Below, one piece after another: positions 35,501-46,800 of a stretch of 64,000 bases of DNA. Every line of letters begins with the position of its first letter. Position 1 is the first letter of the stretch. The notes under the pieces were generated by a model. The model searched no databases. It saw nothing but the letters and a program-made list of their open reading frames with translations, and was not told the DNA's origin. The stretch is from Rebecca billardiae RCC1528 (lineage: Eukaryota > Protista > Haptophyta), in assembly GCA_965240325.2 (NCBI GenBank), contig OZ251236.1:496001-560000 (forward strand), read 5' to 3'. Position numbers and translations under genes: made by a program.

Positions 35501-36487
35501 CAGCCCGACCAGCCACGCAACAGCAGCGCCCTCGGGGCTGTGCAGAGTTGCGTCGCCGTCCTCACCGCCATCGCCAGGCTCACCGTGGCGGTCTGAGCTG
35601 CACCACTCGCCGTCGGTGCCAGCTGGCACCGACATGAACGCGAAAGGCGCCCTGATCGCGATGATGCCATCCCCTGGCACCGTCGCCCGCGACCAGCTGC
35701 GCCACGACGCCTCGGGGAGCGTTGAGCCTGCGAGCAACCAGGGGGACCCGCACCCAGGCCCAAACATACCATGGGCCACTCCCAACCTCGCCACACTGGC
35801 CTCGATCACGCCTGAGGGCCCGCGCGGCGGTGGCTCAGCGAAGGTGAGCTGCGCTGACGCATGCACCGCACGCACGAGCGCGCGCGCTCGGAAAGCCATG
35901 GCTTACCGCCGGCGCGCGCGTGATGTGCCATATCGATGTGCCCGCAGATGCTTCTTGCCGCATTGCACGACTTGAATGTGAACAGCAAGAGGAGCGCAAG
36001 CTCCGCCCCTTCTGCAGTCAGCCGACTGCTTGCAGATGCTGTGCAGGAGTTTGCTGCCGAGCTGGCGGCGAAAGCCACCAAGACCTCGCACGAGGTGGCC
36101 GGGGCACTGCGACGCGCTCTGGAACAGGTGCACGTTGGCGCATCGGACGTCGACGGGGGCGGCAAGGTGCGTCGGACGTCCCAGCGAATCGTCGTCGACG
36201 CTGCGTCTCCGTTTGCGTGCCCCACCAGCTCCTCACGCAAGCATTTTGGCCTTTGCCCGCCACTTGCCTCCCCGCGCTTGCAGGCAACAAGCGCAGTTGC
36301 AGCCACCCTCGGAGTGGCCCGCGGCTCAGATCAGGACCGTCTTGAACGCGATGCTGCGGAGATCGAGCGCGACTTGTTCACGCTGGACGGCGACCTCGTG
36401 CACTGCCTGGATGCTGTCAAAGAAGCCCTCGTGGACGACCTTGTTTCCGAAGTCGTCATGGATCTCGCAGCAGGGCGCCGTTCTTAG
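32502..36487 (+). CDS. Large disordered/coiled-coil protein with C-terminal DUF4378/CEP350-TRM-like motif
   Basis: Long ORF with a coiled coil (QFMREKHRQRRELDAEARERREQEQR). Intron 35844-35947 (GTGAGC...CCCGCAG). Ends ...IERDLF...DAVKEALVDDLVSEVVMDL. Confidence 0.6.
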
Positions 36488-36495
36488 TTGACCAT

Positions 36496-36728
36496 TGGTA
36501 AGATGACGAAGCTTTATACCGCTGCGCCACCAGCGCCACCAGAGTCGACTCTGGTGGCGCAGCGGTAAAACGCTTCGTCATCTTACGACTCTGGTGGCGC
36601 AGCGGTAGACCGCGTCGTCATCTTACCATGGTAAGATGACGAAGCGTTTTACCGCTGCGCCAAAGCGTTTTACCGCTGCGCCACCAGAGTCGACTCTGGT
36701 GGCGCAGCGGTAAAACGCTTCGTCATCT
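36496..36728. repeat. Fold-back concatemer of a 42-bp half-unit (84-bp palindrome centred on GTCGAC)
   Basis: TGGTAAGATGACGAAGCGTTTTACCGCTGCGCCACCAGAGTC|GACTCTGGTGGCGCAGCGGTAAAACGCTTCGTCATCTTACCA; about five half-units with internal slippage duplications. Confidence 0.88.
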
Positions 36729-37520
36729 CAGCCGCGCGCGATGCCAATTTGCCTGAGCCACACCCCCTGGGTGTGGGGCCGGTCGCCTGCCGGGTACGGT
36801 TTGTTCTCGCGGTTGGCTTCGCGTCCCATGCCCCTCTGGCGGGGCCCCCTGGGAGGAAATCCGGGGAGAGCCGACCCTGGGAGCCGCCCGGGGGCCTTCC
36901 GCGGAATCCCCGCTCGTGGGCGACCCTACTGCGAGACACGAATGCCGCAGCGGCTGGTGCGAAAGGTCGAAAGAAGCGCACCGCATATCTTACCAATCGT
37001 GCCTTCGAAATCGATTGTGCGTTGGCCCGTGTGTTGCAGTCCAGCCCCTGCCTGGGTGGGGCTGGCTGTGCGCTGAGACCCAGCCGTGGCTCGGTCCTGT
37101 CGCCTGCTCGCATGGGTGTGCTGGGCCCCAGTTCGCAGCGAATGCGATGTCCGGGTTCTTTACTGCGGGCCGCGCGGCTGTATCACCAGCAATACGATAC
37201 AAACCTCGGCCCCCATCGGAACGGAACCTAGGGACGATACCGGTACTGCCACGAACCAAGCTAGCTGCGGCGACGCCTGGAACTGTGTGACTCAGTAGGT
37301 AGCCATCGTCATCTTCAGTCGTCGGCGCAGTCCGCCTGCTTTTAGCTTCCTCGCCAGCCAGCCAACTAGCAGTTCCGAGTAAGAGAGACCAGGGATGCGC
37401 GCCGCCGAGCAGGGCACAGACAGGCTGGCCGAGCTGCTACTGTTGTAAGAGTGGCTGACGCGGCAGTAGCCCAAGCCAATCGCGATGTTGATGGCGCAGC
37501 TTTGCCATTTGATGTCGCAG

Positions 37521-37607
37521 TGGTAAGATGGCGAAGCGTTTCACCGCTGCGCCTCCAGATTCGACTCTGGTGGCGCAGCGGTAGTGAAACGCTTCGTCAT
37601 CTTACCA
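37521..37607. repeat. Second, slightly diverged copy of the 84-bp palindrome
   Basis: TGGTAAGATGGCGAAGCG...GATTCGACTCTGG...CGCTTCGTCATCTTACCA. Confidence 0.85.
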
Positions 37608-37873
37608 CCGGGTAGCGCCGAGTGTCGTCAAAGAGATAGTGAACCGGAGGGGGTCGGGGCAAGGGGTCTTACAAATAACCCACGTCGGGGACCGGGGCGG
37701 AGGATTCACTCAGCAGTCTCAGCACTCTATCGCTCCTTTTGCGCGCGGCGGACCTCAGCATCACTCGGCACTAAGACGTAACGTAGCTCTTAGTTATAAC
37801 CACTGCGCGCTGATCTGATGCCCGCCCGCTCTGCCTAACGAGTCTCCAGGTACGGGCGCGCAAGCAACGTGAG

Positions 37874-40800
37874 TCATGTTTGCTGCGGTACGCTGATCAC
37901 GCTGCACATGCCGCACAGATCACCAAGTATGCGTGCGGGTCGGCGCAGCTGGTGCAAGAACGGCTCGACAAACACCTCGAGCAGCCAGTCGCGCCACGGC
38001 TCGGGCAGGTAATGCCGCACCGTGTACTCGAGTGTCACCTGTATCATCACGATGAGCGGCTCGATCAGGCCGATCTTGAACAGCGTTTCGAGCGCCCATG
38101 CGCCCAAGATAGCTTCGCGCCACTGCGCAGGGTCGCGCACACCACCCGCCCCCGCACTGCCAAGCAGTGAAAATGCGAGGAGGAGCGTGCTGAGCGAAGT
38201 CATGAGCGCGATGTTGATGCCCCACACGAGCTGGCGCTTCCAGCGCTTGGGCTTGTTTGCCCACCAGGTCGCCTCCTCGAGCTCGTGCCGTGTCAGCCGC
38301 ACCCGCGCAAGCACTTGGCGCTGGCGCCCGCCCGCCGCGCCATGCATCAACTCGTGTCGAGCCACTGCGGCTGCCGCGCGTGCGGACGAGCGGCCCGACG
38401 AGCTGGGGGCTGCACTGGAAGCTCGCGTTGTCACGTGCGCGTCGTCCTGCTCACGCGCGCATTGGAGAGATTTGAGCGCCTCGCGCGCCGCCACGTCGGG
38501 CGCGGCGACCACGTGCGCAGGCTGCACGCGTGTGCCATGCGTGTAGGGTGAGACGGTGTACGTGACGCACACCATCTTGATTCGAGGGCCACCCCGGGCG
38601 CGCGGCGCTGCTCCGTACACGGTCTCAACCTCCTCGCGAGCGAGAGGCGGCGCGCGGCGCACGAGCTCGGCCTGCACGAAGCGCACGTGGGAGTGCAAGG
38701 GAAGCAGCTGGGTGCCAACAGGGGTCGTCGGACTGAGCAGCTCGGCGGGGCGTGTGGCGAGCGACTGCAACACCGAGCGCGCGTTGTGGCCTGGCTCGCC
38801 TTGCAGCCCCAGACGGCCGCCACCCGGCGGGTAGTAGAAATCAGTCTGCTGAGGCTGCTCTGGGTCGGCGCCGCCGCTGGCCGTTGTATGCCGCTGCCAC
38901 ACCTCGCACGCGACCAAGAAGCCAACCAGTTGCCCCGCCTCCAGCGTGATTGCAATCAGTGCCTGCTCGGGCATCTCGACAGCCAGCTCGTCCTCCGAGG
39001 CCATGGAGTCTCCTGACGTGAAGCCGCCCGCCGGCTGCGGCGGCACCATCTGAAGTTGAGCCGGTGCAGGGGCGGGGGCTGGGTCGATGACGCGGACGAG
39101 GTCGGGGCGCACGTATCGCAGGCGCCCCAGCTTGCCGCCCTTGCCCACGTCCTCGTCTTGAGCAGCCGTGCTCGTCATGGAAGTTCGTCGTGTCCGTGTG
39201 GAGACAACTGTGCTCCGCGCCAGCGGCTCGCGATGGAGCGATCCACCCGTCACCGCGGAGGGGTGGCGCAGCGAGGAGCTGCCACCGCCATTGGCAGGCA
39301 CACCGACAGGCAGCGCGTACAGCGGCGAAGGTGGAGCGCCACCCCCTACCCTGAGAGCGCGCTGCAGCGCGGCTTCGTCGCGCGCCTGCCCTCTTCGCTC
39401 CTCGAAGAGCCCGCGCCGCCGCGATGCCCACAGCCACAGGTTCTCCAGCAGCAGCACCTCGTACGGGAAGCCCGCCACGAGCCCGATGGCGACGGCGAGA
39501 ACGAGCTGCGTGGCGTTACTGTCACTCGATCGACCGAGGTACAGCGCCACCACAAACAGCTCCATGAGCGTCACGTTGAACAGCACTGCAACGCGCTGCT
39601 TGGCGCTGATCGGCTCGCCAGGCAGCCGCGTCAGCCAGGAGGTGAGCGTCGAGCGCCTGAGAATGTTCGCACAGACGCGCCACGCGAGCGACGTTTTCGC
39701 GCGGCGCTGCCAGACAGGAACGACGGGCCTGGTCTCCAGCGCGACATCGATGTGGTACGCCACTGCCCCCAGCGCGCCAAAGAGGCCGAGCATGAGCGCC
39801 AACACGACCACGCCCCAGTAGTTCGCCTCAAGCCGCGCGCCCAGTGCGAGCACGACCTGATCCGCCGGAGCGCTTCCACCCAGGTCGGCCTCGAGCTCCT
39901 CTGCGTCCACGGGCGTATTCACCTGCACCCCGCCGCCGTCGCCACTGGTGAGCGTCTCGATCGCGACGGCGAGTGCGGCAAAGTCTGTGAGGTGGTCGCA
40001 CGCGCATACGAGCGCGCCTGGGCGGTCGGTGCGCGTCCCAGTCGTGCACCCGTCCGCCGACCACGCTTCGCTCGTCGCGTTCCAGAAGTGGCAGAGCACC
40101 AGCTCGTCGCACGTGGCACCGGCGAACGCAGGGCTGCACTCGCACACGCCTGCGCTGGCGTTGCACCTGCCGCGCTCGCTGTCGCCGGGTGGCGCGCACA
40201 GCGCGCCAGAGGCGCACGTGTCGAGGCTGTCCACGTCAGCGGCAGGGTCGCCGAGCGTGGGCAGCTTCGACAGCTCGAGCAGTGGGACGGCGATCTCAAC
40301 GGGTTCGACGAGCCCGACAATGCGGAAGGGCTCACGCTGAGCGGCGGGCAGCAGCCGCACACCAAAGATCGCCGACTGGAGCGCACGCTGCTCGCCCAGC
40401 CTGTACGTGCCCTCAGCGGCCGCGTCGGGCACGAGCGCAGCGTCAACTGCGTCGAGGTTGGATGGCGAGCCGCGCGGGTCAGCGTGGATGTTGCGCTGTA
40501 GCCGCACGAGCTGGACGTCGACGCCGGACTCGGTCGCTGCGGGGTCCACGCCGGCGAGCACGGCTGATGGTAGTGAGATCGCGCCGCTCCCACCCGGCCC
40601 GTCAAGCGTGCTGTTGGGCAGCGTGTTGGCGAATGCGCGGAGGGAGCGTATAGCAACGCGCACGCCCACCGCCTCACGCGCCGCCTCGCCCGGCAGAATG
40701 CCCTCGAGCAGTCCGCCCGCGAGCGTGGTCACCACACGATCGATCGCGGTGTCGACTGTCGTGACCGTCACCGGCTCGAGCTCGACGTCAGCGCCACTGC

Positions 40801-43800
40801 TGCCGAGCAGCGTGCTCTCGATTCCGCCGAGCGAGTTGGACGCTGTCGTGTCGTCCACACCCACCGCCGCGTCGCGCGAGCGTTCCAGCACGGCTGTGAT
40901 CTGGTCGAGACCTTCCGCCTGCGCGGAGGGCTCGACTCCACCTGTCGCCGCGAGCACGGTGGCGATGGCGCCGGTGAGCTGCGCCTCGCTGCCGTCGCTG
41001 TCGGACGAGCGCTTCACGGCAACAGAGGCCGTGATGGCGAGCAGCTCGCGCACCACCTCGCGACCCTCGTTCGAGTCCACAGCCGTGATGTCGGCGACAC
41101 TCGCGTCGGCGAGCGCAACGACTAGCTGAAGCGCGAGGTCGAGGTCTTCTGTGTCGACAGCGCGCTGTGCCTCGCCGATCACACCGCGCGTTGCGTTGGC
41201 GCTTGTGTCGGCAGGCTCGGGCGGCAGTACCAGGACACTCGCTGTTGCGCGTGACACGCCGTCGAACTGGTCGTACACATTGAGCGTGCACACGCGCGCA
41301 CCGACGGGCAGCACGGCGCTGGTCTGCGCCTCGAGAGTGCGCCTGGTCACGTACTGTTCCACGCTCGCGCCCACGCGATCAGTAGCCTGGTAGCCGAACC
41401 GGTACCGCAGCGGCAGATCGTCTGGATCGTCCGCCCACTCGAGCGCAGAGAGCGCGGCTGCTTGAAGATAGCGCAGCTCGGACGGCTCAGCAAGCAGCAC
41501 GCCGCCGTGCGGTGGGCGGTTCATCAAGACGGTCACGTCTACCGACGCCGTCTCCGCGCCGCCACTCACGTCCAGCTTGAGCACGTAAGTTGCGCCGGGC
41601 AGCGGCACACCGGAGCGGAAGACGAAGGTGGGCTTGCGGATGCCCGTGGTCGTGACTGTGTTCGCGTCCGCGAGGTCAAGGCTCGTTGGCACCGTTTGCC
41701 CGCCGATCAGCTCGGTGGCGCTCCAGCGGTAGGTGTAAGATATGTTACCTACCGCCTGCACGCGCACAGCACTTGACTCGAGCCCAACCGTCAGCCCGAC
41801 TGCCTCCGTCGGCGTGGTCCACACCGTGTTGTACTTGGCCTTGGAGAGCGGTGGCACGAGCAACTCGGGCACGTAGTCGTTCACCACGGTCAGCCACGCA
41901 CGTGTCGACGAGGTGCGGCCATCGGCGGCGGCAACGACGAGCACGGCGGAGTACTCGCCCACGCCGGCGAGGGCGGTGAGCGGCAGCGTGAGCGTTGAGC
42001 GGTTCACGGCAACGCCGCCCCGTGCGGCGTCAATCGGCGTGCTGGGCGCGCTGGGTGAGGCGCCTGCGCGCTCGACGGCCCATGAGTACGTGAGCTCCTC
42101 GCCGCGGCCAACGTTCGGGTCCGTCGAGGAGGAGCCGTCGATGACGGCCCTCGTCGCCGTGACCGAGACGACCTGCGTGCGCGGGGCAATCAGTGCGCGG
42201 ACAGGCTGTGACTCCACGACGAGCTGCACGCGCGCGCTCGCGACCGCACTTGGCTCCACCGCCATCGTCGCCGTCGCCTCGAGCGTGTACGTGTACTTCG
42301 CACGCAGCGCAGAAGGCTCGAGCTCGAGCGTGGCGAGCTGAGGTTCGGTGTCGCCGAAGATCGTCAGTGGCACCGCAGGGTCGGGCAGCGAGGCGTTGTT
42401 TGGCGAGGCACTGATCGCGCGCCATGAGAACTGGACGGCGCTCGAGCGCTCGCCGATGGGCCAGCACGCAGCCAAGCGCACACTTGCTCGCACGACGTTT
42501 CGAACGTCGGGCCTCACCCGGACCTGGGCTGGGCCCTCCACCGTAAGCATGGGCTCGAGACCGCTTGAGCGCACGACCTCGAAGGCCGCGATCTCGGAGC
42601 TGAGGCCGAGAAAGGAGGTCACGCGAAGCTTGAAGATGTACCGCGAACCGGGCGGCAGCAACAGGTCGAGAGTCGGCGCCGTCGCCGCCGCGACCTCCGC
42701 GGAAAGCGTCGTGGCGGCCTCCGGAGTGAGACCGACAGTCGCGTCGAGCGCCCAGGCGTACCGGAGTGCTGCAACCCCACCGCCGGTCGAGCCGGCCGAG
42801 GACAGCCTGAGCCGCTGGTCTGGGCATGCGGAGATGGACGTCGGGCCGACGATCCTCGCGACTGGTGTCAAGCAGCCTCCCGCGCATGCGACAGCAGGCT
42901 CCAGAGGGATGCGCTGCTCGGTGGCGGTCGCGCACAGCTCGTCGGGGCATGGGATGGCCGAGAGGCGTGGCCGCAGCACATCGCCGCGAAGCCCAAGCTC
43001 ATCGCCCGGCGCGACCGTCGTCTGCGAGTTGAGCTGCGCAACCAGTGTGCTGTCGTCCTCCCAGTAGCAGCCGGGCGCGCTCGACGCGCCGCCCTGAATG
43101 CGCGCGACCGTTGCGTCGTCGAGCACGACGGCGCATGGCCGCACGCCCGACATGCCCGCACGGTCGGTTGGCTGCTCGTCGAGCTGGAAGATGAGAGTGG
43201 TTGCCTCGGCGCCGAAGACGACGCTGAGAAGCGCGGGCGCGTGCAGGCCCTCCAGGTAGCTGAACGTCGTATTGGGAGCGCTCGCCGGTGAAGGCGCACC
43301 ATACTGCTGACCGTTGAGCGCGACGGTGACGACTGCGCTCGACTTGGGCGCGCCAAACGGCGAAAGCACCACGATTGCATCGTCGGACACGCGCACGGGT
43401 GGCGGCGCCGGCACGGCTCCGAAGCGCACGCGCAGCGCGGTGCTCGCGTCTGACGCATTGTGCGTACGGTTGGTTGCATTGAGCAGGCCGCCAAAGCCAC
43501 CGCCCGAAACCGTGACCGCGTTACCGCCGCGTGGGTCGCCCTTGTTAGGCGAAATCCACTGCACGCGCGGCGGCGCGTAGTACACAAACTGCAGGCCGGC
43601 GTTCGTCGTCATTCCGGAGACGCCCCCCACCGAGAGCTCGATGCTGTGGACGCCCTCGCTCGAGGCTGCTGGCAGGGCGCACGCTGCACGCACTGTGCTG
43701 GAGCCGGCCGAGCTGAGCAACAGGCTCGCGGGCGCTGCGCACGCGCCATCAAGCACGCAGCAAAGCCCATCCGAAGCGAGCGCACCGCCGAAACCCGCAC

Positions 43801-46800
43801 CACTAAGCGTGATGCGCGTGCCGCCGCCCACAGGCCCGCCGGCTGGATCAACACCGTCCAAGCGCACGCTGCCAATGTCGTACAGGTACATGCGTGCTCG
43901 CTGAAACACATCGAAGACGAGGTCGCGCCCGTCGCCGTTGAGGCTGAGCTGCACGTGGTACGAAGCGCCCGACACCGCTTCCTCCGGCTGGATCTGGAGA
44001 CACTCCGCCGTGCTGCTGTCCACGATCGTCGCCGGCCGAGCAAACGGCTCGGCGCCCGGACCGCCGTCACTGCGCGTGTAGAAGCACCGGGCTACGCCAA
44101 CGCCGAGATCGACGAAGCCCGCGCCCGTCAGTGTCACCGGCGTAGCGCTCGTGGCGGGCAGCGCAGATGGCTTGCACTCGCTCACCTCCGCCGTGTACAG
44201 GACGAGGGTCGCTGCCACGGGCGCAAATGTGACGTTATTGGCGGAGACCTCAACGCTGACCGTGTACGCGCCCACGCCGCTTGGAAGGCGCAGCAGCGGC
44301 AGCGCACAGCGCACATCGGCACCCGACTCGAGCACCGCCGGCACGACGGCCACGCCGCCAAAGCGGCACGACACGCCGCCATGATCGGCAAAGCCTGCGC
44401 CACGCACGAGCAACTCGCGGCCCTCGAGGCCCTCTGGCACGCCCGCAGGCTCAACTGCCGAGGGCGTGGCTGCTGCCGCGTCGTACCACACGAAGGTGCC
44501 TGTCGCAGGCAGCACCTCGCCGCCTGCGCGCAGCTCGACCACCACGGCCGATGCAACCAGCGGTGGTACGAGCTGCTCGCACACGACCGCGCTCGCCGTG
44601 ATGGCCGCCACGCCCACCTCGAGAATCGGCGCGCCGGTCGCATTGGGGTAGAAAACGCACGAAAGCGCCGCGCGCCGCGAGCCGAGGTGCCCGAGAAAGG
44701 AGCCGTGGAGGGTCACGTTCGTGGGCGTTTCGATAGCCGCACCGGTGGGGCTCGCGCCGCGCAGCGTGCTCTCCGACTCGAAGAAGGGCGATGGGGGCGT
44801 CGGCGGTGGTACGGGCGAGACCAGCGGCGGTGGCGACGAGCTCGGGGGCGGCGCCGGTGTCGTCGGCTGCGGGGAGTCGCAGCTGCCGTCGTCGATCGTC
44901 GCACTGGAGTCAAAGTTGGTCGCGTCCAGCCGGACGCAGCCCGGGAACACTTGCACAGGAAATGCGGCCACGTCGACCCCGAGAACGACAGAGAGCTGAG
45001 CAAGCGAGTAGCCGTTCAAATTGGCAACCACATCGATGCCCGCACCTGGGTCTGCGTGCTGGTACACCTCGACCAAGAGCACCGCAGAGCCGGCTGCGAG
45101 GCTGACGAGGCGCATTTGGTCCGAAGGGACGCCGGTGAGCAGCTCGATACCGGCAAAGATCTCGGCAATGACCGCGGGCGTAAGCTCGGACAAGTCACCG
45201 CTGACCTGCAACGAAAGGAGCGTGCGTGTGCCGGGCAACGGCGAAGGCGATGGTGACGGCGGAGGAGGCGACTTCATTGGTGGAACCGGTGGCACTTGGC
45301 TCGGCGGTGGCGACGGCGGCACTCGGCGCGGTGGTGGAGTTGTTGGTGGGCTCGACGGTGGGCTCAGCGGCGTGCTCGGTGGTGGTAGGCTCGGCGGTGG
45401 CGACGATGGCGGTAGGTCCGACGGCGGGGTCGGTGGTGGGCTCGGCGTTGGCGAAGGCGGCGGTGAAGGCGGCGGCGGGCTCGGCGGTAGCGAAGGCGGC
45501 GGCGAGGGCGGTGGCGAAGGTGGCAGCGGCGAGGGCGGTGGACTCGGAGGCGGCAGGCTCGGCGGCGGGCTCGGCGGCGGCGGGCTCGGAGGTGGCGACG
45601 GCGGCGGCGGCGATGGCGGAGGCGACGGCGGTGGTGATGACGGTGGCGGTGACGGTGGCGGATGCGGCGGCACGCTCGGCGGTGGCGACGGTGGTGGCGA
45701 CGGTGGTAGTGGCGATGGTGGCGGCGACGGCGGCGGTGACGGCGGTGGGCTCGGTGGCGATGACGGCGGAGGCGGCGGGCTCGGCGGCGGGCTCGGCGGC
45801 GGGCTCGGCGGGGGGCTCGGCGGCGGGCTCGGCGGGGGCGACGGTGGCTTGGGGCTCGGCGGCGGGCTCGGCGGTGGCGAAGGCGGCGGCGAGGGCGGTG
45901 ACGAAGGTGGCGGAGGCGAGGGCGGTGGGCTCGGAGGCGGCAGGCTCGGCGGCGGGCTCGGTGGCGGCGGGCTCGGAGGTGACGACGGCGGCGGCGGCGA
46001 TGGCGGAGGCGACGGCGGTGGTGATGACGGTGGCGGTGACGGTGGCGGATGCGGCGGCAGGCTCGGCGGTGGCGACGGTGGTGGTGACGGTGGCGGTGGC
46101 GCTGGTGGCGGCGACGGCGGCGGTGACGGCGGTGGGCTCGGTGGCGATGACGGCGGAGGCGGCGGGCTCGGCGGCGGGCTCGGCGGCGGGCTCGGCGGGG
46201 CGCTCGGCGGTGGCGACGGTGGCTTTGGGCTCGGCGGCGGGCTCGGCGGTGGCGAAGGCGGCGGCAAAGGCGGTGGCGAAGGTGGCGGCGGCGACGGCGG
46301 TGGGCTCGGAGGCGGCAGGCTCGGCGGCGGGCTCGGTGGTGGCGGGCTCGGAGGTGGCGACAGCGGCGGCGGCGATGGCGGAGGCGACGGTGGTGGTGAT
46401 GACGGTGGCGGTGACGGTGGTGGATTTGGTGGCAGGCTCGGCGGTGGCGACGGTGGTGGTGACGGTGGTGGTGGCGCTGGTGGCGGCGACGGCGGCGGTG
46501 ACGGCGGTGGGCTCGGTGGCGATGACGGCGGAGGCGGCGGGCTCGGCGGCGGGCTCGGCGGCGGGCTCGGCGGGGGGCTCGGCGGTTGCGACGGTGGCTT
46601 GGGGCTCGGTGGCGGGCTCGGCGGTGGCGAAGGCGGCGGCGAGGGCGGTGACGAAGGTGGCGGCGGTGACGGCGGTGCGCTCGGAGGCGGCAGGCTCGGC
46701 GGCGGGCTCGGTGGCGGCGGGCTCGGAGGTGGCGACGGCGGCGGCGGCGATGGCGGAGGCGACGGCGGTGGTGATGACGGTGGCGGTGACGGTGGTGGAT

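Noticed and set aside
36496-37607. CRISPR array or bacterial REP/BIME
   Set aside because: No unique spacers between regular direct repeats, no cas genes, and the context is eukaryotic.
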